Source: Syntrophaceae bacterium UBA3084 (GTDB lineage Bacteria > Desulfobacterota > Syntrophia > Syntrophales > UBA6807). Taken from it: DNA of 39,264 nt. A model generated the notes under the pieces. That model was given only the letters and a program-made list of their open reading frames with translations, did not search any database and was not told the origin of the DNA. The position numbers and the translations under genes were made by a program. The DNA is taken from the NCBI GenBank assembly GCA_002367335.1, contig DFBI01000047.1, positions 1 through 39,264 of the forward strand, in the 5' to 3' direction. Shown here piece after piece: positions 25,847 to 34,187 of the stretch; position 1 is the stretch's first letter; each line of letters opens with the position of its first letter.

Positions 25847-27013
25847 TTAGATATTCAATTCCTTTATTTTATTGCTAATCACCTGCCAGAAAAGAAGTTC
25901 TTCAGTTCCCTCCATTTTAATAAAGTCTTGTTTGTATTTGGCATATCCTTCTTCATAAACATAAAACTCCTTTTCCAAGTCGATACTTACATTTCTGCTG
26001 ATATTAATTGGCGTCTTTCTAAAATAGGATGCGAATTTTGAAATGTACCCTCCATACATGGTCTTCTCAATTCTGTCCGTCGTGACGAAAATCATGGGCT
26101 TTTTGTACAGCACAGGGAAATTTATAGAAGTACTGTTTTGTAAAATAACGAGTTTTGCTTTTTTAACTAATTCAGCAGTTTTGCCTCGAATCACCTTTCT
26201 TCCTTGAAAATAATCCGGCAGTTCTTCATAGTGTGAACGGGGATGAGCAGCAATCACGACCTCTAAATCCAATTTTGTTTCTATGTAATCAAAGAAGTTG
26301 CAGAGGAAAGGAAAGTACTCTTCGGCACTTGTTAGAGCAGGTATTCCTAAGGATGTATAATCAGAATGAAAAACGTAATCCTCATCCAAAAAAACCGCAA
26401 TGTCTTCTTCCTTTTTCTCACTATTTTTATCCTCCAAATAAATATCATAGTCCAATGTATGGATCCAAATCGTTTTTGTCTTATGGTCTATAGTAGGCCT
26501 ATTAGGAGTTTTTTTTCCACTGGCGAGAAAAAAAGTAGCAGAATTTATCTTCAAAAACCCAGGGGGAATTCGTGTAAACAAAAACTGCATATGCTTAATG
26601 AACTTTCGAGGAGTCAAAGATATTATTTTTCGCGCCGTAACGTGTATCTGCCTATTCGGGCGAGGGATTGCTGGAACAGCAAAAACAGCGTAAGGAACGT
26701 CATGTCTCGATATTGATTTGAATATACTAAAGGTTTTTACGTTATACGCTATTATGCTAATAATAAAGCAATCTCTTCCTTGTTTGTTTATTGCGGCAAT
26801 CGCATCTCTTCTGCGTTTGAATTTAATTACGCCTTTATAATTGCTTGGTTCATTTATCCTTGATGCATCAACCTGCGGACGCAAAAATGGTGTGAAGTCG
26901 TAAATAAAGACATGGAAGCCATTGTTAAGAAAAACTTCAACGCCAAATCTTTTATAGTCCCTTTGACTAAAAGGGGATTCGACGAGATATATTATTTTAG
27001 TTATTTTACTCAT
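25847..27013 (-). CDS. Uncharacterised surface-carbohydrate biosynthesis protein; candidate nonulosonate transferase
   Basis: 388 aa, soluble and AT-rich, lying between wzx and the nonulosonate cassette. It contains FLDEDY and AAHPRS, loosely reminiscent of the D/E-D/E-G and HP motifs of bacterial sialyltransferases. Confidence 0.35.
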   Translation of the reverse strand: MSKITKIIYLVESPFSQRDYKRFGVEVFLNNGFHVFIYDFTPFLRPQVDASRINEPSNYKGVIKFKRRRDAIAAINKQGRDCFIISIIAYNVKTFSIFKSISRHDVPYAVFAVPAIPRPNRQIHVTARKIISLTPRKFIKHMQFLFTRIPPGFLKINSATFFLASGKKTPNRPTIDHKTKTIWIHTLDYDIYLEDKNSEKKEEDIAVFLDEDYVFHSDYTSLGIPALTSAEEYFPFLCNFFDYIETKLDLEVVIAAHPRSHYEELPDYFQGRKVIRGKTAELVKKAKLVILQNSTSINFPVLYKKPMIFVTTDRIEKTMYGGYISKFASYFRKTPINISRNVSIDLEKEFYVYEEGYAKYKQDFIKMEGTEELLFWQVISNKIKELNI

Positions 27014-27047
27014 ATAATGACAGTTTCAACTCAAGCTAAACTGTCTA

Positions 27048-29123
27048 TCAGGTGAGTCTCCTGAATCCAGAATGAATGACATCTCCCTTGAGATATTTTT
27101 TTGTATCGCCTGACTCCAACGCTTCTTTGATTAACCCAAAAACAGAATCTGAATCAGCAATAAACTGATCAATAATGTGGTCAGAATAGGCATAGGTAGC
27201 GTACACTGCCGCGCCCAGAAGGTAACCTTTTTTCAGCATTTCCTGGGTATAGAGAGTTTGGACCGCCAAAGGGTTTTCAGCTTCGAAAGAAATGTGCGTC
27301 AGCGGCGGAATGCCGTTGATATGAACACGCAGATCATGTTTTTGAGCCAGCTTGCGCCAGCCATCATTGATTCTTTCACCATAGCGGACAAGGAATTCCG
27401 GCACATTGTTTTCTTCCATTTTTTTGATGGTTGCCAGCGCCGCGACAAAACCAATACGTTCTGTCCACATGGTAGAGCTGATAAAACTGTTCTGAGCGCA
27501 ATCCATGATGTTTCTTCGTCCAATAACGGCCGATATGGGAAAGCCGTTGCCAAAGGCCTTGCCAAAGACTGCGATGTCCGGCTCGATTCCGTAAGTCAGA
27601 TGAATGCCGCCCAAATTGATCCTGAAACCAGAGGTCACCTCATCAAAAATGAGAACTGCTCCGATTCTGTCAGCAATTTCTCTGATACCTTCAAGAAATC
27701 CGGGAGCAGGACCTTGCTCCCGCCGAGGTTCCATGATGATGACACCAATTTCATCAGGATATTTGTCCACCAATACCTCAAGTTCATTAAGTTTGTTGTA
27801 GTTGAATGGCAATGCAGTATCTTTGAGTTCCCGCGGAACACCAAGAGGATCAAGTCCGGGCAGGAGCTGGCCATCAAGATTAGACGCGTCTCCGATATTG
27901 GCAGACAGATACCAGTCATGCCAGCCATGATAACCGCAAAAAGCTACCCTGCTCTTTCCTGAAGCTGCACGGGCAATGCGAACAGCAACGGCACAGGCTT
28001 CGCCACCGGTTCTTGCAAAACGCGCCATATCAGCCCAGGGATGCAGATCGATAAGCCGCTCGGCCAGTTCCACTTCCTCATAGCAGCTCAGGGAACACAT
28101 TGCCCCTTTTTGAATGGCCTCAATCACGGCCGCATTCACATCTTCATCAGCATACCCAAGGATGCATGATCCTACGCCCATTTGAGCAAAATCATAATAA
28201 TGATTCCCGTCCATATCCCAGACTTCACAACCTTTTGCTTTTGAGTAATAGGCAGGCCAAAGATCAGGGAGAAATTTTTCAGCCCTCTTGGAAAGGAGTT
28301 GATTGCCACCGGGGATTAGTGTTTTTGCTTTATTCCATAAGGCTGGGCCTTTCATCATTTCTTTCATTCCTTGCTTTTCTTTTTCCTGAATTTTATGAAA
28401 ATTCTCCCAATACTTTTTGGCAATTGGTTCCGTGATACGATATAGTTCTTTATCTATCACGAACTTCACGATTTCTTCATCTTGAGCTGTAACTATGTCA
28501 TCTCCGAATGCTTCAATAACTGCTTTGAAAAATTGGTAATCCTCATCGTAGTCAAGTGTAAATCTCAAAGCATTGTCATAAACGGGAAAAGGGATATGAA
28601 TATCCGCGAGCTGTGCTTGATTAAATATGCGTCCCCATCCTGTCTCCAAAATATCCCCAAAGTGACCCTTTAAGGATGATTCTAAAAAACCCTTAGAATA
28701 TCCACTGGAATTCATACCAAAGGGCAGATTTGAAGTTTTAACATACGATGCGCCATGAAGCAGGGCATTATAAACGGCTCTTATTCCTTTTACCGAACAC
28801 AGGATGTCATCGCCATCAATGGAAACAATAGCATCAAGGGAATGCGCCTTTGCCGCCTGAAGATGTCGAAGAGGAATATTGTTAATTGAGCCATAAAAAA
28901 CTGCTGCCTTATCTTTCGCAAAACGTTCTAACTCCCTGTTTTCTCGTTCGTCAGAAGTAGCAATGATAATATTGACTTTTCCATCAATCAGTTCAGTCTG
29001 AAATTCTTCTGCTACTCTTTCAATAAGGAAGTGTAAGATGGGATGGCCATTAACCGGTAACAGATGTTTCTTTTTAAGCCTTGTTGATCCGAGTCTTGCG
29101 GTGATAAATATCCCTATTTTCAT
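27048..29123 (-). CDS. Fusion protein: N-terminal cytidylyltransferase (CTP_transf_3, SpsF/NeuA-like) plus C-terminal class-III PLP aminotransferase (glutamate-1-semialdehyde aminomutase-like)
   Basis: The start is set at ATG 29123 (MKIGIFITARLGSTRLKKKHL), giving an ATGA overlap with the upstream stop. From about residue 262 of the track ORF the sequence matches class-III aminotransferases: LIPGGNQLLSK, DEVTSGFR and FGKAFGNGFP (PLP-binding Lys). Confidence 0.8.
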   Translation of the reverse strand: MKIGIFITARLGSTRLKKKHLLPVNGHPILHFLIERVAEEFQTELIDGKVNIIIATSDERENRELERFAKDKAAVFYGSINNIPLRHLQAAKAHSLDAIVSIDGDDILCSVKGIRAVYNALLHGASYVKTSNLPFGMNSSGYSKGFLESSLKGHFGDILETGWGRIFNQAQLADIHIPFPVYDNALRFTLDYDEDYQFFKAVIEAFGDDIVTAQDEEIVKFVIDKELYRITEPIAKKYWENFHKIQEKEKQGMKEMMKGPALWNKAKTLIPGGNQLLSKRAEKFLPDLWPAYYSKAKGCEVWDMDGNHYYDFAQMGVGSCILGYADEDVNAAVIEAIQKGAMCSLSCYEEVELAERLIDLHPWADMARFARTGGEACAVAVRIARAASGKSRVAFCGYHGWHDWYLSANIGDASNLDGQLLPGLDPLGVPRELKDTALPFNYNKLNELEVLVDKYPDEIGVIIMEPRREQGPAPGFLEGIREIADRIGAVLIFDEVTSGFRINLGGIHLTYGIEPDIAVFGKAFGNGFPISAVIGRRNIMDCAQNSFISSTMWTERIGFVAALATIKKMEENNVPEFLVRYGERINDGWRKLAQKHDLRVHINGIPPLTHISFEAENPLAVQTLYTQEMLKKGYLLGAAVYATYAYSDHIIDQFIADSDSVFGLIKEALESGDTKKYLKGDVIHSGFRRLT

Positions 29124-30142
29124 CCCTGAAACTCGATATAGGTTGAACATTTATCAGACTCTTCGATGGCATACAGCAATTTTAAAACCTTATGGTCGTT
29201 TTCCATGGAATTGATAAAAAGGGTTTTTTCTTCTATGGCCTGTATAAAAGCCTCCAACTCGTCAATATACATGTTTTCGCCTATATTCGGATTATAATCC
29301 CCCTCGGCTGGTTTCATTTCATAGGGCATGCTTTTCCATTCATTCATTTTTGGATCATATACCTGTATTTGATTTTGATTCCAATCCCACTGCAATTGCT
29401 TTTTATCTCCATTTATAAGGAGTCTCCTTGTAGCATAACGGGACACTACATCAATTGTCATTGTGGCCATAAAATCTTTGTAATCAAGGAGAAAATTATA
29501 AGTATCGTCAATTTCTTCCGCCCCTTTTATATCAATAGTCTTCCTGACATTTCCGCATACCCGTTTTGGAAATCCGAACAGATGTGTCAACCAGGTTAGT
29601 TCAAAGGGCACAATTTCCCGTGCCCCTCCAGTTGCGTGGTTGGAGACATAGTAGTCGGACACCTTTTCATAAGTATGCCAGTCAGGGAGATATTGCCCAG
29701 AATGAAAAATGATATTTGATACCTTGCCCAATACTTTTGATTTTAAAATATCGGATATTCTTTGTATCGCCGGATGAAAAAGAAGGGTTGATGAAGGAGC
29801 GGCCACTATGTCTGTATTTCTCAGTTTCTCCTTAATAATATCCATGTTTGTATCCACTACACTAGCCTCCACAAAAAAATGGATACCTTTTTCAATAGCA
29901 ATTTCCATATAAAGATGGTGAAAATCTGGAGGGACTGAGATAATAAGAGCGGAAGGCTTCTCGCTGTCCAGGGCTGTTCCTATATTGGAATAGCTTCTTA
30001 TCCCATACTTTTCCTCTGCTTCCTTTCGCCTGCCTTCTCTTACATCAAACCCCGCAATATCGTTAGTTTTATAACCTAAGGCCTTCAGACACCGAACCCT
30101 TCTTTTCCCCATGGATCCAAGACCAACTATTAAAAATCTCAT
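29120..30142 (-). CDS. Gfo/Idh/MocA-family NAD(P)-dependent oxidoreductase
   Basis: 340 aa with N-terminal MRFLIVGLGSMGKRR Rossmann motif and family length. Confidence 0.75.
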   Translation of the reverse strand: MRFLIVGLGSMGKRRVRCLKALGYKTNDIAGFDVREGRRKEAEEKYGIRSYSNIGTALDSEKPSALIISVPPDFHHLYMEIAIEKGIHFFVEASVVDTNMDIIKEKLRNTDIVAAPSSTLLFHPAIQRISDILKSKVLGKVSNIIFHSGQYLPDWHTYEKVSDYYVSNHATGGAREIVPFELTWLTHLFGFPKRVCGNVRKTIDIKGAEEIDDTYNFLLDYKDFMATMTIDVVSRYATRRLLINGDKKQLQWDWNQNQIQVYDPKMNEWKSMPYEMKPAEGDYNPNIGENMYIDELEAFIQAIEEKTLFINSMENDHKVLKLLYAIEESDKCSTYIEFQG

Positions 30143-30215
30143 TTCTTATCCTCCGACGGATCTTTGAAACAAATAGTTATGAGTTGGTACGCTCTTGAGT
30201 TCAGAAGTTCATAGC

Positions 30216-30247
30216 CTCAACAGCTTAACAGCTCATCAACTCAAATC
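30216..30247. repeat. Short 8-nt periodic tract CTCAACAG CTTAACAG CTCATCAA CTCAAATC
   Basis: Read directly. It runs into the stop codon of the PtmE-like gene. A degenerate AGTT-containing periodicity precedes it (30175-30210). Confidence 0.45.
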
Positions 30248-31299
30248 CCCTCAATCACTTTCAACGTCTTGCGATACTCCGCCCACTGGCCTATGTCGAT
30301 CCAGGCTTTTTCACTGACGGGGTAAACACCTATTGTGCCGTTTTTTTCTCTTACTTTATCCATCAGATGGGTGATGTGGAACAATTTATTGTCCGGAATC
30401 AGGTCTATTACGTTTGGATTCAGAACATACAGCCCTGTATTCACCAGAAAACTGTACTCCGGTTTTTCCTGAATCCGTTCCAGGCTGCAGCTAGTGTTCA
30501 ATTCACATATCCCGTACGGGATGTTAAACTGCTTAGTTGACGCCACCAATGTAATGTCGTAGCTGTTTTTTGTATGAAAGCGATAAAGATGAGCATAGTC
30601 GGCTTCGATAATGATATCGCAGTTGGACACAAAGAATGGCCTGTCCAGCTTGTCCTTGAGCAGTTTGAGACTGCCGGCAGTGCCTCTTGGCTCATCTTCT
30701 TCAGCAAAGCCTATGGAATAGTCCGGTTTTTTTTCTTCAAAATAGGCGCGCAGGATTTTGGACATGTGATGTATTGTAAGATAAAACTCGCACACGCCAT
30801 AGGCCCTGAATCTGTCTATGATATGATCGATTACGGGTTTGTCGCCAACAGGGATAAGGGGCTTGGGCAAAACTTTTGTAAAAGGTTCTAGGCGGGTTCC
30901 CCTGCCGCCGGCCATAATCACAACCGGGGCGTCCAGTTTTTGATCTCCTGATCTTCTGTTATTCCCGAATACCTTTTCCCAGGTTATGAAGTCTACTACT
31001 TTGCGATTCTGATCCAGGATGGGAACCAGATCAATTTTATTTTCTGTGAAAATCTTTTTAATTTTTTCCGGATCAAAATCTTCCTGGAATACAAAAATTG
31101 GTTTTTTGTTGTAGGCATTTTCAATGGCGCCGATCAGATCCTGCTCTTTGAGAATGTAACGTCTGATATCGCCGTCAGTCAAAGCGCCGATCAGGGCCTG
31201 GCTCTCGTCAACTACGAGCAGAACCTTCTCCGCTGTTTTATCCAAGGCTTCCATGGCCTCTTTGATGGTGGCTTTGGGATGTATGGTTATGTCTTTCAT
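30241..31299 (-). CDS. CBS-domain sugar-phosphate nucleotidyltransferase (PtmE-like)
   Basis: 352 aa with an N-terminal CBS pair region (ALTDGDIRRYI) followed by VIMAGGRGTRLEPFTKVLPKPLIPV, the nucleotidyltransferase signature. Confidence 0.8.
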   Translation of the reverse strand: MKDITIHPKATIKEAMEALDKTAEKVLLVVDESQALIGALTDGDIRRYILKEQDLIGAIENAYNKKPIFVFQEDFDPEKIKKIFTENKIDLVPILDQNRKVVDFITWEKVFGNNRRSGDQKLDAPVVIMAGGRGTRLEPFTKVLPKPLIPVGDKPVIDHIIDRFRAYGVCEFYLTIHHMSKILRAYFEEKKPDYSIGFAEEDEPRGTAGSLKLLKDKLDRPFFVSNCDIIIEADYAHLYRFHTKNSYDITLVASTKQFNIPYGICELNTSCSLERIQEKPEYSFLVNTGLYVLNPNVIDLIPDNKLFHITHLMDKVREKNGTIGVYPVSEKAWIDIGQWAEYRKTLKVIEGI

Positions 31300-31327
31300 A
31301 ACGGCCTTATTTTTTTATTTCACAAGA

Positions 31328-32497
31328 TTAACTATCCATTTTAATATCGTAAAATTCTTTCTTCAGAATATTTTTCAGATCAAAATGTCTGATGGTTTCC
31401 TTGATAGTCTTTGCTGTGTTTTCTCCCTCATAGGGATTCCGTAAGTTCTGGAGGCTTTGTCTAAATTCGGTGGAGAGCGCTTGCTTAATCGATTTAACAA
31501 TTGCTTCCTTTGCTGGTGAGCAGTTAATGACACTTTTGGTCTGAATACGCCCTTTTTGCCTGTCGCCTATGTTAACAGTAGGGACCTTAAAGCTTGGCGC
31601 CTCTACGATTCCACTTGATGAATTGCCAACTACGGCTTCTACATGTTTCATGGCGCTCAAATACCGGAGCTGACCCATTGATGTAAACGAAATGGCAGCG
31701 TTTGTCTCTGTTGTCACATATTCATCAATCATCTGGTTAATAATCCGGCCTTCAGTGTCCGCATTGGATTTTGTAAAAATCACACGTAAACCGTCAATTG
31801 TATCTATGGCATCAAGAAGATTTTGGAATTGCGTCTGAGCAGTCGCTTGTTCGAGAGTTACAGGGTGATAAGTGACAAGAATGTATTGCTGTCCAAGAGA
31901 GAAACCGATTTCTTTTTCCAGATCCTCTCGCGACAGAAGCGGCAGTTTTCGAATATTTTCGATTCCGAGGGCACCCACATTAAAGACCCTGTCCGGCGAT
32001 TCACCCAGTTGAATGACCCGTTTTCTATATTCATCTGTAGCGGTAAAATGGAGATGACTCATCTTGGTAATTGAATGCCGGAAGGCTTCGTCAACTGCTC
32101 CCCGCGTGGTTTCCCCGCCGTGTATATGGCCAATTGGGATGCGAGAGACACAAGCCGCACCGGCAGCGCAAAAGATCTCAAACCGGTCACCCAAGAGGAC
32201 CAGAATATCAGGTTTCAACTCATCATAGGCCTCTGCAAAACCGATCATGCCAAGGCCCATCGATTTTGAAATGCCTACTGGTGTATCTGAAGAGAGGAGC
32301 ATCTCAATTTTTTTATTAATCTTAAAGCCGTCTTCTTCTATCTGCCTATATGTCAGTCCAAACTCTGGCGAAAGATGCATACCCGTTGCGATAATCTGGA
32401 GTTCAAGGTCAGAATCCGCCTGGATTGCCTTCATCAGCCAGTAAAACAGGCCGTATTCCGCGCGGGTTCCGGTGACAATGCAGATTTTGCGTCTCAT
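31328..32497 (-). CDS. neuC: Hydrolysing UDP/GDP-N-acetylhexosamine 2-epimerase (NeuC/LegG family)
   Basis: Start moved to ATG 32495-32497 (MRRKICIVTGTRAEYG, the canonical NeuC N-terminus). The 11 extra residues in the track ORF come from a TTG inside the heptad tract. Confidence 0.88.
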   Translation of the reverse strand: MRRKICIVTGTRAEYGLFYWLMKAIQADSDLELQIIATGMHLSPEFGLTYRQIEEDGFKINKKIEMLLSSDTPVGISKSMGLGMIGFAEAYDELKPDILVLLGDRFEIFCAAGAACVSRIPIGHIHGGETTRGAVDEAFRHSITKMSHLHFTATDEYRKRVIQLGESPDRVFNVGALGIENIRKLPLLSREDLEKEIGFSLGQQYILVTYHPVTLEQATAQTQFQNLLDAIDTIDGLRVIFTKSNADTEGRIINQMIDEYVTTETNAAISFTSMGQLRYLSAMKHVEAVVGNSSSGIVEAPSFKVPTVNIGDRQKGRIQTKSVINCSPAKEAIVKSIKQALSTEFRQSLQNLRNPYEGENTAKTIKETIRHFDLKNILKKEFYDIKMDS

Positions 32498-32501
32498 TTC
32501 G

Positions 32502-33533
32502 TTAGCTTGTGGTTCGTAGTTGGTAACCAATCAGCTCGTCAACTTTGTAATCTCTGTCTGCCTTCCGCCCAATCACCTCATCCCATCGCATTGGACTGAT
32601 GCCTGTTCCGGGCCGCTTTGTGGTCAGATTTTCCTCGGTGAATTCTTCGCCTTCTTTAATGTCTCTTGCTGCCACAATGCTCTTTCGAGCGACGGGTTTG
32701 TTTTTCAGTTCCGAAGGCGACGGCTTTTTTATTTCGCTGCCAAGAGCTTTTTCGATATTGTGGATAGCCCGAACCATGGCTTTGAGTTCATCCGGTTCAA
32801 GAGAGGCTTTGTGATCCGGGCCTTCCATATTCTTGCTCAGAGTGAAATGCTTTTCGATGATCGAAGCTCCCATGGCAACGGCTGCAACAGGGACCTCAAT
32901 GCCTAATGTATGATCAGAATAACCGACTCGAATGCCGGGGGAGGCGGCCTTGATTGTGAGCATAGCCCTTAGATTTACATCCTGCATGGGTGTTGGATAC
33001 TCAGTATTGCAATGCAGGACTGCGATCTTATTAAGCGTAGTTCCAGCAGTAACCAATATATCAAGAGCAGCTTCGATCTCGCCTAAATCCGCCATGCCGG
33101 TGGAAAGAATTATCTCTTTTTTGAGAATGCCGATTTTTCGCAGATAGGGCAGGTTAGTAATCTCGCCTGATGGAATCTTGAAGGTCTCCAACCCCAGATT
33201 GTGCAAGAGGTCGATACTTTCCAGATCAAACGGACTGGAGAGAAACTGTATATCTTTCTGTCTGCAATAGGCGATGAGTTCCCTGTGAGCATCAGCATCC
33301 AGTTCAAGCCTTTTGATCATCTCGTACTGTGATTCGGCTCTGTCAGTAGTCTGTCTCTGATAATCAGCCTTTTGGGCCGACTTGCATACTACTTTGTCCG
33401 CCAAAAACGTCTGGAATTTTACGGCATCTGATCCAGCATCTACGGCAGCATCAATCATTTTTTTAGCCAGCTCCAGGCTTCCATTGTGATTTACGCCTGC
33501 TTCGGCAATGATGAAGGTTCTTTTATAGTTCAT
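32502..33533 (-). CDS. neuB: Nonulosonate (N-acetylneuraminate/legionaminate) synthase, NeuB/LegI family
   Basis: 343 aa with FIIAEAGVNHNGS, KFQTF and the C-terminal SAF/antifreeze-like domain (FTEENLTTKRPGTGISP). Confidence 0.92.
   Translation of the reverse strand: MNYKRTFIIAEAGVNHNGSLELAKKMIDAAVDAGSDAVKFQTFLADKVVCKSAQKADYQRQTTDRAESQYEMIKRLELDADAHRELIAYCRQKDIQFLSSPFDLESIDLLHNLGLETFKIPSGEITNLPYLRKIGILKKEIILSTGMADLGEIEAALDILVTAGTTLNKIAVLHCNTEYPTPMQDVNLRAMLTIKAASPGIRVGYSDHTLGIEVPVAAVAMGASIIEKHFTLSKNMEGPDHKASLEPDELKAMVRAIHNIEKALGSEIKKPSPSELKNKPVARKSIVAARDIKEGEEFTEENLTTKRPGTGISPMRWDEVIGRKADRDYKVDELIGYQLRTTS
32504..32531. repeat. Heptad tract AGCTTGT GGTTCGT AGTTGGT AACCAAT between neuB and neuC
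   Basis: Read directly. The units are related to the 33534-33554 tract. It encodes the last residues (YQLRTTS) of NeuB. Confidence 0.7.
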
Positions 33534-33596
33534 AGCTGGTAGCTCGTAGTTGGTAGCAAAAGAAGTGAAAGCTCAAAGATGAAAGATAGAAGAATT
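33534..33596. repeat. Nine heptads in one register: AGCTGGT AGCTCGT AGTTGGT AGCAAAA GAAGTGA AAGCTCA AAGATGA AAGATAG AAGAATT
   Basis: Read directly. It begins the nucleotide after the neuB start codon and runs into the acetyltransferase CDS, encoding its last residues (SSIFHL) and stop codon. Confidence 0.85.
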
Positions 33597-34187
33597 TGGG
33601 GGAGCATTCTTGATAATCTTTGCCCCGCAACCAATTATAGAATTTTCACCGATTTCAATATATTCCCGTGTTACCGCATTGCTGCCGAAAAAAGTCCCTC
33701 GACCAACCTTAACCCCACCGTTGATTACAGCGTCTGTGGCGATGTGGCAATGATCTTCGATGACGGCATCATGTTCGATAAGTGCCCTGGTATTGATGAT
33801 GCAGTTTTCCCCGATTTTTGCTCCAGCATTCACCAGTGCATAGTGCATGACGATAGTTCCCTCTTCAAGCCGGGCATGTCTCGAAACATAAGCCAGCGGC
33901 GATATAATTACAGGCAGCCTGCCGCCAAGTTTTTTTACTTTCTCGAAAAGCCTTATCCGCTTTTCCGGACTCTTGATCTGACCCAGAGTAACTAGGCAAT
34001 TCTTATGTTCCTTGACCAGATCAGGCAGATCATCATCTGTGGCGATGATTTCATAGCCCAGAATCTTCTGATGCAGCTTTTCCGGCACATCCACAATGCC
34101 CGCGATCTGAAACGTTCCAGCCTGTTCGATTACGTCAACGCAGGATTTACAGTGACCGCCTCCTCCTATGAGAATTATTTTATGCAT
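33573..34187 (-). CDS. NeuD/PglD/LegH-family sugar N-acetyltransferase (left-handed beta-helix)
   Basis: 204 aa with a KIILIGGGGHCKS N-terminal Rossmann-like domain and hexapeptide repeats in the C-terminal half. Confidence 0.85.
   Translation of the reverse strand: MHKIILIGGGGHCKSCVDVIEQAGTFQIAGIVDVPEKLHQKILGYEIIATDDDLPDLVKEHKNCLVTLGQIKSPEKRIRLFEKVKKLGGRLPVIISPLAYVSRHARLEEGTIVMHYALVNAGAKIGENCIINTRALIEHDAVIEDHCHIATDAVINGGVKVGRGTFFGSNAVTREYIEIGENSIIGCGAKIIKNAPPNSSIFHL

Noticed and set aside
27177-27962. 261-aa + strand ORF, and similar long antisense ORFs such as 3756-4391, 13272-13739 and 24527-24988
   Set aside because: They lie antisense within well-supported minus-strand genes and have no family features. 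These are typical shadow ORFs.
30175-30215. Heptad array in the oxidoreductase/PtmE-like spacer
   Set aside because: AGTT recurs at spacings of 7, 16 and 8 nt, so there is no stable register. Only the adjacent 8-nt tract (30216-30247) is reported, at low confidence.
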